Shown: positions 39,555-50,808, counted from the first letter of the stretch. The stretch is DNA of 64,000 bases from Lachnospiraceae bacterium (GCA_030531435.1 JAUNNN010000004.1:10173-74172); one strand, 5' to 3'. The notes: generated by a model not told the origin, from the sequence alone. Program-made: numbers and translations.

Positions 39555-40998
39555 GGCTTTCTAGCACTTCTAATAAAAGATTATATACTCTTGCAACACT
39601 AGGAACATTCATCTTTTCCTTAGGTGTATGAATGTCATCTACCTGTGGTCCAATTACAACAATATCAAGCCCTTTTATTTTCTCGTAGAAAATACCAGTT
39701 TCAAGACCTGCATGTATTCCAACTAGTTTTGGATTATATCCATATACCTGCTGGAAGGCATCAAATACAGTTTCTCTTAATGCAGATTCTTCAACATATT
39801 CCCATGCTGGATAATCTCCTTCTTCACTGTATTTTCCACCAATTGTCTCTGTTAAATATTTTATCTTATCTGATAATGCCTGCTTTTCAGATGTAAGTGA
39901 ACTTCTTATGCTAATAAGAATCTCAAAAGAATCCTTAAGCATACGAATTATACCTACATTAAGTGATGTCTGAACAAGATTTTCTGAATCCTGACTCATC
40001 TTCTGTACCCCATCAGGCAATGTCATAAGTAGGAAAATTACTCTTTCTTTTGTTTTAGGAGTAAGAACTTTTGTCTTGAATTCATCCTGATTCTCGCCAT
40101 ATATCATCAGGTTCTTTTCGATGTTTCTATATTCATTTTTGATTGTAGCTTCAAACTCATAAATAATGTCTTCAAGCTTGTCAACATCCTTTGGATTTAC
40201 AAGTATCTCTGCATTACATTCTCTTGGAATTGCATTATCCTGAAGACCACCATTTACAGTGATTAAATCATAATAAATCTTCGTACTAACAAAATGAAGA
40301 AGACGACCCATTATAAGGTTAGCATTTCCTCTGTATTTATCTATTTCTGTTCCAGAATGTCCACCAGCAAGGCCACAAATTACAATACTGTATTTTATGC
40401 CTTCTCTCTCAACAAATCTTACTGGGATATTACAGCATGCCTTTTTACCACCAGCACAGCTTGTAAGAATAATTCCCTCATCTTCATGATCAAGGTTAAT
40501 AAGACGTTTACCTTTTAGTTTAGAAACATCTAGGGCATGAGCACCTTCCATTCCCACTTCTTCATCAACTGTAAATATACATTCCAATGGTGGAGCTACA
40601 ATGTTTTTATCAGTAAGTATTGCCAGCATATATGCAACACCAATTCCATCGTCACCGCCAAGAGTAGTGCCCTTTGCATATACATAATCATCCATTACTG
40701 CAAGGTTAAGAGGATCTTTTGTAAAATCAAACTTTGCATCTGTCTCAAAGTTCTTTTCACAAACCATGTCAAGATGTCCCTGAAGCATAACTGGTTCTTT
40801 ATCAGCCCCTATACCAACACCATCTTTATAGATAATTACATTATTTGTATCATCCTGGTAATATTCTAAGCCATTCTCTTTTGCTACATTTACAACATAA
40901 TCTGAAATAGCCTTTGTATTATATGAACCATGTGGAATCATACAAATTTCTTCAAAATATTTAAATACTGATTCTGGCTTAAGTCCTTCTAAAATCAT
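39541..40998 (-). CDS. pepD: aminoacyl-histidine dipeptidase (M20C, PepD)
   Basis: IPHGSYN, GHLDMV, GTTLGGDDGIGVA, FTVDEEVGMEGA, and IHTP near the C-terminus. Confidence 0.9.
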   Translation of the reverse strand: MILEGLKPESVFKYFEEICMIPHGSYNTKAISDYVVNVAKENGLEYYQDDTNNVIIYKDGVGIGADKEPVMLQGHLDMVCEKNFETDAKFDFTKDPLNLAVMDDYVYAKGTTLGGDDGIGVAYMLAILTDKNIVAPPLECIFTVDEEVGMEGAHALDVSKLKGKRLINLDHEDEGIILTSCAGGKKACCNIPVRFVEREGIKYSIVICGLAGGHSGTEIDKYRGNANLIMGRLLHFVSTKIYYDLITVNGGLQDNAIPRECNAEILVNPKDVDKLEDIIYEFEATIKNEYRNIEKNLMIYGENQDEFKTKVLTPKTKERVIFLLMTLPDGVQKMSQDSENLVQTSLNVGIIRMLKDSFEILISIRSSLTSEKQALSDKIKYLTETIGGKYSEEGDYPAWEYVEESALRETVFDAFQQVYGYNPKLVGIHAGLETGIFYEKIKGLDIVVIGPQVDDIHTPKEKMNVPSVARVYNLLLEVLESLARF

Positions 40999-41020
40999 TG
41001 CCTTCTCCTGTAACTACTGA

Positions 41021-41668
41021 TTAAAGTAAATCAAGCTTACTATTGTCTTCTTTTCCTGTAACCCCTGGAGCCTTTTTATCATCTGCTGGAATATCACCTG
41101 AAAGAGATGCAATATCTGCTTCAAGTGAAACCTGAGGATAAAGTGCAGCTCTATCTCTATTTATAACACCTTCACATTCTCTTAACTGTTCAATTAATGC
41201 ACCATATTTTGCTTCAGCTGTATCAATTGAGTGACCAATAATGTTCTGAAGATTTGCAAGAGAATCATCTGTATATTGCATAGCAGCCTGACGAACAGCA
41301 TTTGCCTCATTTGTTGCATCATCAACAATCTGCTGAGCCTGTGCCTGTGCGTTCTGTACTACTTCTCTTGCCTGTGTATATGCCTGCTGCATTATTTCAT
41401 GCTCTGATAACATATGGTCTGTCTGAGCCTGTGCTTCAGAAATAAGCGCATTTGCCTTTTCTCTTGCGTCTGCAAGAATGGCTTCTTTATTTGATATAAT
41501 CTTCTGATATCTTTTTACTTCATCAGGTGTTTTTGTTCTAAGATCTCTTAATAAGTCATCAAGTCTTTCCTTATCAACAAGAATCTTTGTGTTTGATAAT
41601 GGCTGATACTTACAACCATCAATATAATCTTCTATTTCCTCAATAATCTGTTCAAATCTGCTACTCAT
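41021..41668 (-). CDS. hypothetical coiled-coil protein, Ala/Gln-rich
   Basis: 215 aa. Heptad-like A/Q/E-rich core (ISEAQAQTD..VQNAQAQAQQIVDDATNEANAVRQAA). No catalytic motif. Confidence 0.5.
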   Translation of the reverse strand: MSSRFEQIIEEIEDYIDGCKYQPLSNTKILVDKERLDDLLRDLRTKTPDEVKRYQKIISNKEAILADAREKANALISEAQAQTDHMLSEHEIMQQAYTQAREVVQNAQAQAQQIVDDATNEANAVRQAAMQYTDDSLANLQNIIGHSIDTAEAKYGALIEQLRECEGVINRDRAALYPQVSLEADIASLSGDIPADDKKAPGVTGKEDNSKLDLL

Positions 41669-41688
41669 ATTATATCCCCTCCACTAGA

Positions 41689-42168
41689 TTACTTATACTT
41701 CGCATATGTTAATTCAGCTACAAAATCAGGTACAAACTTACTAATATCCCCTCCGAAGCTTGCAACCTCTTTGACTGTTGATGAACTTAAATACGCATAT
41801 TTTAAATCTGTATTTAAAAACATTGTATCTATGTTCGCATCAGAAATAATTCTATTTGTCTGAGCCATCTGAAGCTCATATTCAAAATCAGTAACAGCTC
41901 GAAGCCCTCTGACAATTACCTGTGCATTCATATCCTTTGCACAATCTACAAGCAACCCTTCATGACTTGTGATTCTTACATTGCCAAGATCTTTTACAAC
42001 CTCTTCAAGCATGCTCATTCGCTCTTCTACAGTAAAAAGAGACTTTTTCGCTTTGTTTGTTAAAATACAGACTGTTAGATCATCAAAAATCGCAGCAGCT
42101 CTTTTTATAATGTCTATGTGTCCATATGTAACAGGGTCAAAACTACCTGGATAAATTACTGTTTCCAT
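41689..42168 (-). CDS. coaD: pantetheine-phosphate adenylyltransferase
   Basis: [18 protein letters not shown]...DFEYE, SSS.VKE. Confidence 0.96.
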   Translation of the reverse strand: METVIYPGSFDPVTYGHIDIIKRAAAIFDDLTVCILTNKAKKSLFTVEERMSMLEEVVKDLGNVRITSHEGLLVDCAKDMNAQVIVRGLRAVTDFEYELQMAQTNRIISDANIDTMFLNTDLKYAYLSSSTVKEVASFGGDISKFVPDFVAELTYAKYK

Positions 42169-42171
42169 ACG

Positions 42172-42726
42172 TCACTCCTTTACTCTTATAAACAAATGTT
42201 TACTGTTTTTATACTGTTTAACTTTTTCTATTTCAAATCCTAATGAACCAAGATAATCGAATTCAGTTTCATTAGAAGCTTCAACAACAATCAATGCATC
42301 CTCATTTAGTAGTTTTGATGAGCTTAAATAAGTTAGTACATTTTCTTCATAATCATTATTATATGGTGGGTCCATAAAAATAATATCAAATTTATACTTA
42401 CCTTCAAGCTGATGCAATGCACTCATTACATCCATTGGCATTACTTTAGACTGTTCTGTAAAATGAGTATTTTTAATATTATCATTTATGCATGACAGTG
42501 CCTGCTTATTATTTTCAACAAATACAGCCTCTTTTGCGCCTCTGCTTAATGCCTCAATACCTATTCCACCACATCCGCTATATAAATCAAGAAACGTAGC
42601 ATCATATAAATAAGGCATTAATACATTAAATAATGTTTCCTTTATTTGATCGGATGTTGGTCTTGTCGTCATTCCAGGTGGCGTTTTTAATAAAAGTCGT
42701 CTGGCAGAACCTGCTATTACTCTCAT
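42172..42726 (-). CDS. rsmD: 16S rRNA (guanine966-N2)-methyltransferase
   Basis: RVIAGS.R...L, DLYSGCGGIGIEALSRGA, DPPY. rsmD-coaD synteny. Confidence 0.93.
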   Translation of the reverse strand: MRVIAGSARRLLLKTPPGMTTRPTSDQIKETLFNVLMPYLYDATFLDLYSGCGGIGIEALSRGAKEAVFVENNKQALSCINDNIKNTHFTEQSKVMPMDVMSALHQLEGKYKFDIIFMDPPYNNDYEENVLTYLSSSKLLNEDALIVVEASNETEFDYLGSLGFEIEKVKQYKNSKHLFIRVKE

Positions 42727-42728
42727 AA

Positions 42729-44999
42729 TTATCCTCTGACCTTTGTACCCTTAGTATCTCTCTTTGTTAATTTTATCTTATTAACTTCCATCTTTTTATT
42801 TTTAATATTAAATGATGGATTCTCACCAAATGATGTAAAGAATACCTGCTCAACTATATCTGAACCAGTAAGCTTCATTCCTCTAACACCAACAGCACCT
42901 TTCTTCTTAAGTGGTACCTCGTCAATAACAAATCTTGTTACATAGCCATCTCTTGTAATAAGTGCAACCTGATTCTGTGTAGTAATAGGACAAATGCTTA
43001 TTAACTCATCTGAATCAGCAAGATTTGTTGCTGCAACAGTTCTCTTAAGTACATCAAATTCAGTACCATATACCTGCTTCATCATTGATGTCTTTGTTAC
43101 AAAGCATAGCTTCTGCATAACTACATCTGCAAGTGTTGTAACATATACTATTGTTTCCTTTGAAGAATCGTAATTACTTACATTATCTACAGGAACACCC
43201 TTGTCCTTACTCTTTCCAAGTGGAAGATCAAGAACTTTTACCGTGTGCATCTGACCTGCTGATGTAAATAAGCACATTCTTCCTGTATTCATTACTGGAA
43301 TAATAGTCTTATATTCTGCTTCAATAGTATCTCTATTTCTTTCAAATAAAGATACTTCCATTGTCTTGGCATATCCAAAGCGATCCATGAGGAACATAAC
43401 CTGCATTTCCTCAATTTTCTTTTCTTCGAATTTAGCTTCTTCAAGATTTTCTATACGAGTCTTTCTCTCAACTGCATATTCTTTCTTATATGCATCAAGC
43501 TCTTTTACAATAGTCTTATCCATTGTTGCTGGATTTGTAAGAATATCTTTGTATAATTCAATATTCTTTAATGTCTCTTCATGATCTTTCATAAGAGCTT
43601 CAAGTTCAAGACCAACAAGCTTTGATAATCTCATATCAAGAATTGCCTGAGCCTGTCTTTCTGTGAACTTAAGCTGTTCTGCCATCTTCTTAGAAATTCT
43701 TGATTTAAAATTAATGCCTTCTGTTTTTCCTTCTGTAAGACAAAGCTTTGCAGTCTTAACATCTTTTGAACCACGAAGAATTTCAATAATTAAATCAATA
43801 ACATCACATGCTTTAATAAGACCTTCCTGAATCTCTTTTCTATCAAGTTCCTTATTAAGTAATGTTCTATATTTTCTAGTATTAAGCTCTCTTTGGAAAT
43901 TAACATGGTGTCTAATAATATCCTTAAGAGATAATGTTTCAGGACGTCCATCTGCTATTGCAAGCATGTTTACGCCAAATGTATCCTCAAGCTTTGTCTT
44001 CTTAATAAGCATGTTCTTGAGGTTTTCAACATCTGCATCCTTCTTGACTTCAATTACAATACGGATACCTTCTTTTGATGACTGATTTGAAATATCAATA
44101 ATATCAGTTGTCTTTTTAGCATCAATAAGTGCAACAATATCTGTTAAGAATTTACCAATATTTGCACCAATCATTGTATAAGGAATTTCATTAACGATAA
44201 TTCTTGTTTTACCGCCCTTTACTTCCTCTATTTCAATATTTCCACGAATTTTTATCTTACCCATTCCTGTTTCATAAATGGATAAAAGTTCGTCTTTATT
44301 TGTTACAATTCCACCTGTTGGGAAATCAGGTCCAGGAATATACTTCATTAATCCTTCAACAGTAATATCAGGATTTTTCATATATGCCTTTATACCATCA
44401 ATAACTTCACCAAGATTATGTGGTGGCATACTAGTAGTCATACCTACTGCAATACCTTCTGAACCATTTACTAAAAGGTTTGGAATTCTTGCAGGTAAAA
44501 CGCTTGGCTCTTTTTCTGTTTCATCAAAGTTTGGAATAAAATCAACAACGTCCTTATCAAGATCAGATAAAAGTGCTTCCTGTGTAACTTTTCTAAGTCT
44601 CGCTTCTGTATAACGCATTGCAGCTGCGCCATCGCCTTCGATTGAGCCAAAGTTACCATGGCCATCAACAAGAGCCATACCCTCTTTAAAATCCTGGCTC
44701 ATAACAACAAGAGCACCATAAATTGAGCTGTCACCATGTGGATGATATTTACCCATGGCATCGCCAACAATACGTGCTGATTTTCTATAAGGTCTGTCGT
44801 ACTTAAGACCAAGCTCATGCATTGCATATAATACTCTTCTCTGTACAGGCTTTAATCCATCTCTAACATCAGGAATTGCTCTTGCCATTAATACAGACAT
44901 CGCATAGTCAATATATGACTTCTGCATTACATCAGAATATTCTGTTTTTATAATCTGTTCTTCAAAAACTTCTTCTTTTTTATCTTTAGTTCTAGCCAT
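42729..44999 (-). CDS. parC: type IIA topoisomerase subunit A, ParC-like (no GyrA box seen)
   Basis: DGLKPVQRR, KSARIVGDAMGKYHPHGDSS, and the catalytic Tyr in AAAMRYTEARL. I saw no QRRGGKG-type GyrA box in the C-terminal domain. Follows a ParE/GyrB-like gene. Confidence 0.75.
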   Translation of the reverse strand: MARTKDKKEEVFEEQIIKTEYSDVMQKSYIDYAMSVLMARAIPDVRDGLKPVQRRVLYAMHELGLKYDRPYRKSARIVGDAMGKYHPHGDSSIYGALVVMSQDFKEGMALVDGHGNFGSIEGDGAAAMRYTEARLRKVTQEALLSDLDKDVVDFIPNFDETEKEPSVLPARIPNLLVNGSEGIAVGMTTSMPPHNLGEVIDGIKAYMKNPDITVEGLMKYIPGPDFPTGGIVTNKDELLSIYETGMGKIKIRGNIEIEEVKGGKTRIIVNEIPYTMIGANIGKFLTDIVALIDAKKTTDIIDISNQSSKEGIRIVIEVKKDADVENLKNMLIKKTKLEDTFGVNMLAIADGRPETLSLKDIIRHHVNFQRELNTRKYRTLLNKELDRKEIQEGLIKACDVIDLIIEILRGSKDVKTAKLCLTEGKTEGINFKSRISKKMAEQLKFTERQAQAILDMRLSKLVGLELEALMKDHEETLKNIELYKDILTNPATMDKTIVKELDAYKKEYAVERKTRIENLEEAKFEEKKIEEMQVMFLMDRFGYAKTMEVSLFERNRDTIEAEYKTIIPVMNTGRMCLFTSAGQMHTVKVLDLPLGKSKDKGVPVDNVSNYDSSKETIVYVTTLADVVMQKLCFVTKTSMMKQVYGTEFDVLKRTVAATNLADSDELISICPITTQNQVALITRDGYVTRFVIDEVPLKKKGAVGVRGMKLTGSDIVEQVFFTSFGENPSFNIKNKKMEVNKIKLTKRDTKGTKVRG

Positions 45000-45010
45000 T
45001 ATTCTGTCTC

Positions 45011-46930
45011 CTATACATCTAATAATGCTTCATGGGCATGTCTGTGAATAAACTCTCTTCTTGGAGGTACTTCTGTTCCCATAAGCATCTCAGTAATATT
45101 AGAAGCCATAAGTGCATCTTCAACCTCAACAAGTTTAAGTCTTCTCTGTCTTGGATCAAGTGTTGTTTCCCAAAGCTGATCCGCATCCATTTCACCTAAA
45201 CCTTTATATCTTTGAAGAATAAAATCTGAATGTTTCTTTCTGTATTCAGCTAGTGCCTTATCATCATATAAATATTCTTCTTCACCTTTCTTTGGAATTG
45301 CCTTATATAATGGTGGCATAGCAATATAAACATGTCCTTCGTAAATCAACTCAGGCATGAATCTATAGAAAAGTGTAAGTAATAATGTTGAAATATGTGC
45401 TCCATCAACATCGGCATCAGCCATAATAATAATCTTATTATATCTAAGCTTTGTAATATCAAAATCGTTTCCATAGCCTTCTGAAAAACCGCATCCAAAT
45501 GCATTAATCATTGTTTTGATTTCTGCATTTGCAAGCACCTTATCAATGCTGGCTTTTTCAACGTTAAGAATCTTACCTCTAATTGGAAGAATAGCCTGGT
45601 AATTTCTATCTCTTGCAGTCTTTGCACTACCACCAGCTGAATCTCCCTCTACAATAAATATTTCACACTTGCTTGCATCTCTTGATTCGCAGTTTGCAAG
45701 CTTTCCGTTTGAATCAAAGCTGTACTTCTGCTTTGAAAGCATGTTAGTCTTTGCTTTTTCTTCATTTTTACGGATCTTTGCTGACTTTTCAGCACAGGCA
45801 AGAACTGCTTTAAGGGTTTCAAGATTTCTATCAAAGTATCTTACAACCTCATCACCAGTTACCTTTGCAACTGCTTTTGTTGCATCCTGGTTATCAAGCT
45901 TTGTCTTTGTCTGTCCCTCAAATCTTGGATCTGGATGTTTGATTGAAACAACTGCTGTCATTCCATTCCTAACATCTGCTCCAGTAAAGTTTGCATCCTT
46001 ATCCTTAAGAACACCAATCTGTCTTGCATAAGAATTAAGTACAGTTGTAATAATTGTTTTAAATCCTGTAAGATGAGTTCCACCTTCAGAATTGTAAATG
46101 TTATTTGTAAAACCAAGTACAGTTTCATGGAATTCATTCACATACTGAAATGCAATTTCTACAGATATATCATCTGCTTCACCACTAAAATATATTGGCT
46201 CATGAATTGTTTCTTTTGACTTGTTAATATCTTTAACAAATCCAACAATTCCGGCTTCTTCATGGAAAGTAATTTCTTCAGGTTCTTCCCCACGAAGATC
46301 TTTAAAATATATTGTAAGCTTTGGATTTAAATAAGCAGTTTCATGAAGACGTGACTTTATTTCTTCTTCCTTAAACCATGTCTTCTCAAAAATAGTGGCA
46401 TCAGGTAAGAAATTAATCTTTGTACCTGTTGATTTTGCTTTTCCTATTACAGGCAATAATCCATTTTCTAAGGCGAGATCAGGTATACCTCTTTTATATC
46501 TGTCATGATAAACTTTACCATCTCTTGATATCTCAATATCAAGGTAATCTGAAAGCGCATTAACTACAGATGAACCAACACCATGTAATCCACCACTTGT
46601 TTTATATATAGATGAGTCAAACTTTCCACCCGCATGAAGTGTAGTAAAGACAACTCGTTCTGCACTAACACCTTTTTCATGCATATCAACAGGAATACCT
46701 CTACCGTTATCTACAACAGTGGCAGAGCCATCCTTTTCAAGTGTTACCCATATTTTGTCGCAGTGACCTGCTAAATGTTCATCAACGGAATTGTCCATGA
46801 TTTCATAGACAAGATGATTTAAACCTTTAGATGAGACGCTACCGATATACATTCCAGGACGCTGTCTAACAGCTTCCAAGCCTTCAAGTACAGTAATGCT
46901 ACCAGCACCGTATTCAGATTGTTTAGCCAT
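45011..46930 (-). CDS. parE: type IIA topoisomerase subunit B, ParE-like
   Basis: GHKL ATPase (EIMDNSVDE, DNGRGIP, GGLHGVG). Toprim motifs are EGDSAGGS, PIRGKILNVE and MADADVDG. Confidence 0.8.
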   Translation of the reverse strand: MAKQSEYGAGSITVLEGLEAVRQRPGMYIGSVSSKGLNHLVYEIMDNSVDEHLAGHCDKIWVTLEKDGSATVVDNGRGIPVDMHEKGVSAERVVFTTLHAGGKFDSSIYKTSGGLHGVGSSVVNALSDYLDIEISRDGKVYHDRYKRGIPDLALENGLLPVIGKAKSTGTKINFLPDATIFEKTWFKEEEIKSRLHETAYLNPKLTIYFKDLRGEEPEEITFHEEAGIVGFVKDINKSKETIHEPIYFSGEADDISVEIAFQYVNEFHETVLGFTNNIYNSEGGTHLTGFKTIITTVLNSYARQIGVLKDKDANFTGADVRNGMTAVVSIKHPDPRFEGQTKTKLDNQDATKAVAKVTGDEVVRYFDRNLETLKAVLACAEKSAKIRKNEEKAKTNMLSKQKYSFDSNGKLANCESRDASKCEIFIVEGDSAGGSAKTARDRNYQAILPIRGKILNVEKASIDKVLANAEIKTMINAFGCGFSEGYGNDFDITKLRYNKIIIMADADVDGAHISTLLLTLFYRFMPELIYEGHVYIAMPPLYKAIPKKGEEEYLYDDKALAEYRKKHSDFILQRYKGLGEMDADQLWETTLDPRQRRLKLVEVEDALMASNITEMLMGTEVPPRREFIHRHAHEALLDV

Positions 46931-47059
46931 ATTTTCCCCTTATATTGTATTTCCTTATGCCCCTCAACATAAGAATATCAATAAATTATTCCCTTATTTA
47001 TACTCACAATCTATTAATACATACCATATTTTGTTGATAATTTCAAGTGTTTATACCAA

Positions 47060-49102
47060 TTATAGGACAACTACACTGTCTTTTTGTCGATTTAACTCCT
47101 TTTTTAAATAACTATGTTCTGGCTTATTTAGTTCTGGATCCTCTTTTAGAAGTTTTGTCACATCATCAGCAGCTTCTTTTAGAATTTCCGCATCATTAAA
47201 CACATCCCCAAGCTTGAATCTCATATCTCCTGACTGCCTTAATCCAAACAAGTCTCCAGGGCCTCTTAACTTCATATCTTCAGAAGCAATAAAGAATCCA
47301 TCATTTGATTTATTAAGTGTCTCAAGTCTTGTCATTACAGTCTTATTCTGCTTACCGCTCATGAAAATACAGTATGACTGCATATCTCCTCTACCAATTC
47401 TTCCTCTAAGCTGGTGAAGCTGTGATAGTCCAAATCTGTCAGCATTTTCTACAAGCATAACAGTAGCATTAGGTACATTTACTCCTACTTCTACTACAGT
47501 TGTTGAAACAAGAATATTAACATCATTTCTATAAAATGCATCCATTACACGGTTTTTCTCATCCTGTTTCATTTTTCCATGCAGGAATGCAATATTAACA
47601 TCTGCTGGGAATGCCCCTTTAAGCTTTTCTGTATAATTTACTACATCTTCTGCCTCAAGGCCTTCTGATTCTTCAACAAGCGGACATATAATATATGCCT
47701 GATGCCCTGCTTTAACTTCTTTTAGGATAAAATTATAAGCAGTATTTCTATAATCAGTATTTACAACACAGTTTTTTATTGGAAGACGTCTTGCTGGGAC
47801 TTCATCAATTACAGAAATATCAAGATCTCCATACATAATAATGGCCAGAGTTCTTGGAATAGGTGTCGCACTCATAACAAGAACATGTGGATTATCAAGC
47901 TCGTTTTTCATAGTAAGTGTTTCCCTTTGTCTTACGCCAAAACGATGCTGCTCATCTGTAATTACAAGTGCCAGATTTTTATAAATAACTTTCGACTGAA
48001 TAAGCGCATGAGTTCCAATAACAATACCGGCTTCTCCTGATTCAATCTGTGCATATACTTCTCTCTTTCTTGCTGCAGACATTGAACCAGTAAGCAACAC
48101 TGGTTTTATTGGGATATTGTACTCATTAAACATTTTTACTATTGATTCAAAATGCTGAGTAGCAAGTATTTCAGTTGGTGCCATAAGTGCAGTCTGATAA
48201 CCACTCATACAAACCTGTATTGCAGCCAAAATTGCAATAACTGTTTTACCAGACCCAACATCCCCCTGTACAAGACGTGACATTGATGTATCTTTGCACA
48301 AATCATCTTCTATTTCAGCAAAGACCTTTTTCTGGGCCCCAGTTAATTCGTATGGAAGACTTTCAATAAGTCTTTTTGTATATGCAGTTGGAATAATATT
48401 AAAATTATTCTTTAAACGTTCATTATCATTTCTAAGTAATCTAAGCCTTAATATAAATAAGAAAAATTCATCATATACAAGATATTTTCTCGCCTTAACC
48501 AAAGAATCAAAATTTTTAGGGAAATGTATTTCTTCAATTGCCTCAAAAACTTCATCCCTTTTTTCGTCTGGGCATTTTAATTCCAGATATTTATACCTTG
48601 AATCAGACATAAGTGTCTTAACAGATTTTGTAATTGCCTGATTCGTTATTCCTTTTGTAAGGGGATATATAGGCTGCAGTGTATTAAGGAGTGCCTCATA
48701 TTTTTCTGTATCAAAAATAACAGGCTGTTCAAAATGGTATGAGCTGCCCTTTACTTCTAATAGTCCTCTAAATATATATTCTTCCCCTGGATGAAGAGAC
48801 TTTGTAAGATATGGCATATGAAACCAAACAGCAGTTATGACATCCGAATCTGTCTGAAGCATAGCTGAAACTATCTGAAGTTTGCCTGCCCTTCTCATTA
48901 ATGGTCTCTTAACTACCTTAGCCTTTATCGCAACTATTTCTCCAGGCTCTGACATGGAAACAGATTTTGGTTCTGAATACTCCATATAATCTCTTGGGAA
49001 ATAATACAGAAGATCTTCATAAGAAAATATGCCGAGCTTATTATAAAGCCCGGCAGTCTTTTCTCCGATTCCTTTTAAATTATTAATACTAATAAAATCC
49101 AT
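47060..49102 (-). CDS. recG: ATP-dependent DNA helicase RecG
   Basis: Wedge domain, Walker A GDVGSGKT, DEQHRFG, and the TRG motif region QLRGRIGRG. Confidence 0.96.
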   Translation of the reverse strand: MDFISINNLKGIGEKTAGLYNKLGIFSYEDLLYYFPRDYMEYSEPKSVSMSEPGEIVAIKAKVVKRPLMRRAGKLQIVSAMLQTDSDVITAVWFHMPYLTKSLHPGEEYIFRGLLEVKGSSYHFEQPVIFDTEKYEALLNTLQPIYPLTKGITNQAITKSVKTLMSDSRYKYLELKCPDEKRDEVFEAIEEIHFPKNFDSLVKARKYLVYDEFFLFILRLRLLRNDNERLKNNFNIIPTAYTKRLIESLPYELTGAQKKVFAEIEDDLCKDTSMSRLVQGDVGSGKTVIAILAAIQVCMSGYQTALMAPTEILATQHFESIVKMFNEYNIPIKPVLLTGSMSAARKREVYAQIESGEAGIVIGTHALIQSKVIYKNLALVITDEQHRFGVRQRETLTMKNELDNPHVLVMSATPIPRTLAIIMYGDLDISVIDEVPARRLPIKNCVVNTDYRNTAYNFILKEVKAGHQAYIICPLVEESEGLEAEDVVNYTEKLKGAFPADVNIAFLHGKMKQDEKNRVMDAFYRNDVNILVSTTVVEVGVNVPNATVMLVENADRFGLSQLHQLRGRIGRGDMQSYCIFMSGKQNKTVMTRLETLNKSNDGFFIASEDMKLRGPGDLFGLRQSGDMRFKLGDVFNDAEILKEAADDVTKLLKEDPELNKPEHSYLKKELNRQKDSVVVL

Positions 49103-49111
49103 ATTAAAAGC

Positions 49112-50797
49112 TTATTCTACAGAAATAATGTAATAGTAAATTGGCTGTCCACCGCTGTGGCACTCAACATCAACATCTGGATACTTTTCTTCGATTTCAG
49201 CAACAAGATCATTCGCTGCATCTTCATCTACTTCTTCACCAAAGTATACGCTTACAAGTTCTGAGTCATCATCAATCATCTTTGCAAGCATTTCCATTGC
49301 TGTGTCTTCAACAATTGAACCAACTGCAAGAATATCATAATCACCGATACCCATTATATTACCCTGCTTGATCTCCATACCACTGATTGAAGTATCTCTA
49401 ACAGCGTATGTTACCTGACCAGTTTTAACTTTTTTGATTTCTTCGTTCATAACAGCTTCATTATCTTCTGGTGAATCATCAGGCATGAAATTAATGAGTG
49501 CTGTTATACCCTGTGCAACTGTCTTTGTAGGTATAACAATAACCTTTTTATCTTCAACAAGGTATTGTGCCTGATTTGCAGCAAGAATAATGTTCTTATT
49601 GTTAGGTAAGATAAATACTGTTTCTGCATTTACATTATTAATTGCTACAAGCATATCATCTGTACTAGGGTTCATTGTCTGACCGCCTGAAATAATGTAG
49701 TCAACACCAAGTCCCTTAAAGATAGCGTCCATACCTTCGCCAACAGATACTGAAATAAATCCCATTGGCTTTGCTGGCTCTGTAAATACAGGCTTTTCTT
49801 CCTTCTTTTCAGTCTTTTCTTCAGAAGGAGCTGCTTCTTTATTTTCTTCAGCGCATTTGCCGCACTCTGTTTCTTCTGTGTTAGCTGAGTTTGCTTTTAC
49901 ATTCTTAATATTAATATTGTCAAGAGCACCATATGTCATAGCCTTCTGAAGAACTAATCCAGGATCATTTGTGCTAACCTTAACAGATACAATATTTCCA
50001 TTTGACTCACATGAAGAATTATCACCAATAGACTCAAGGAAAATCTTATAGTCCTGCTCATTTTTTGCATTAAATACATTACTTACAATGATATCGAAAG
50101 CTGTATTATAAGCGTACTTAACAGTTGCTTCTTCCTTCTTTTCTTCATCAGCTGATGCTAACTTGTAGTCAACATCTTTACCAAGAAGAGCATCATATGC
50201 ACCCTTAAGTATCTCTACAAGGCCCTGTCCACCTGAGTCTACAACACCAGCCTCTTTAAGAACTGGGAGCATGTCAGGAGTCTTTGATAATACATATTCA
50301 CAGTGTTCAATAACTTGTCCCATGAACACTTCAATATCTTCTGTTTCTGTAATAAGTTCAATTGCCTTATCTCCAGCGCCCTTTGCAACAGTAAGGATTG
50401 TTCCTTCCTTTGGCTGCATAACAGCTTTATATGCTGTTTCAACAGCTTTCTGTGTTGCATTTGTAAGAATTGTCACATCAAGCTCGGATTCAGTCTTAAT
50501 TACTTTTGTAAATCCTCTAATAAGCTGAGATAAAATTACGCCCGAATTACCACGTGCTCCACGAAGAGAACCAGATGAAATAGCCTTTGAAAGCATTTCA
50601 AGTGTTGCATCTTCTGGAAGTTCTGAAACTTCCTTTGCAGCAGACATAATTGTGAGCGACATATTTGTACCAGTATCTCCATCAGGTACAGGGAATACAT
50701 TCAGCTCATTGATCCATTCTTTCTTAGCCTCTAATGCATTAGCTCCCGCTAAAAACATCTTAGCAAGCATCGAAGCATCGATTTTAGTAGTTGCCAC
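49112..50797 (-). CDS. yloV: DAK2-domain fusion protein YloV
   Basis: N-terminal Dak2 (VPDGDTGTNM, GARGNSG) and a C-terminal DegV-like domain. asp23-yloV-recG synteny. Contains an E/K-rich linker. Confidence 0.9.
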   Translation of the reverse strand: MATTKIDASMLAKMFLAGANALEAKKEWINELNVFPVPDGDTGTNMSLTIMSAAKEVSELPEDATLEMLSKAISSGSLRGARGNSGVILSQLIRGFTKVIKTESELDVTILTNATQKAVETAYKAVMQPKEGTILTVAKGAGDKAIELITETEDIEVFMGQVIEHCEYVLSKTPDMLPVLKEAGVVDSGGQGLVEILKGAYDALLGKDVDYKLASADEEKKEEATVKYAYNTAFDIIVSNVFNAKNEQDYKIFLESIGDNSSCESNGNIVSVKVSTNDPGLVLQKAMTYGALDNINIKNVKANSANTEETECGKCAEENKEAAPSEEKTEKKEEKPVFTEPAKPMGFISVSVGEGMDAIFKGLGVDYIISGGQTMNPSTDDMLVAINNVNAETVFILPNNKNIILAANQAQYLVEDKKVIVIPTKTVAQGITALINFMPDDSPEDNEAVMNEEIKKVKTGQVTYAVRDTSISGMEIKQGNIMGIGDYDILAVGSIVEDTAMEMLAKMIDDDSELVSVYFGEEVDEDAANDLVAEIEEKYPDVDVECHSGGQPIYYYIISVE

Positions 50798-50808
50798 TTT
50801 AAATCCTC

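Noticed and set aside
42729-46930. This could be a second gyrase rather than topoisomerase IV, or an unusual type IIA enzyme.
   Set aside because: Both subunits carry all standard catalytic motifs, and the A subunit lacks an obvious GyrA box. This is ordinary ParE/ParC content, though the ParC-versus-GyrA call stays at moderate confidence without a phylogeny.
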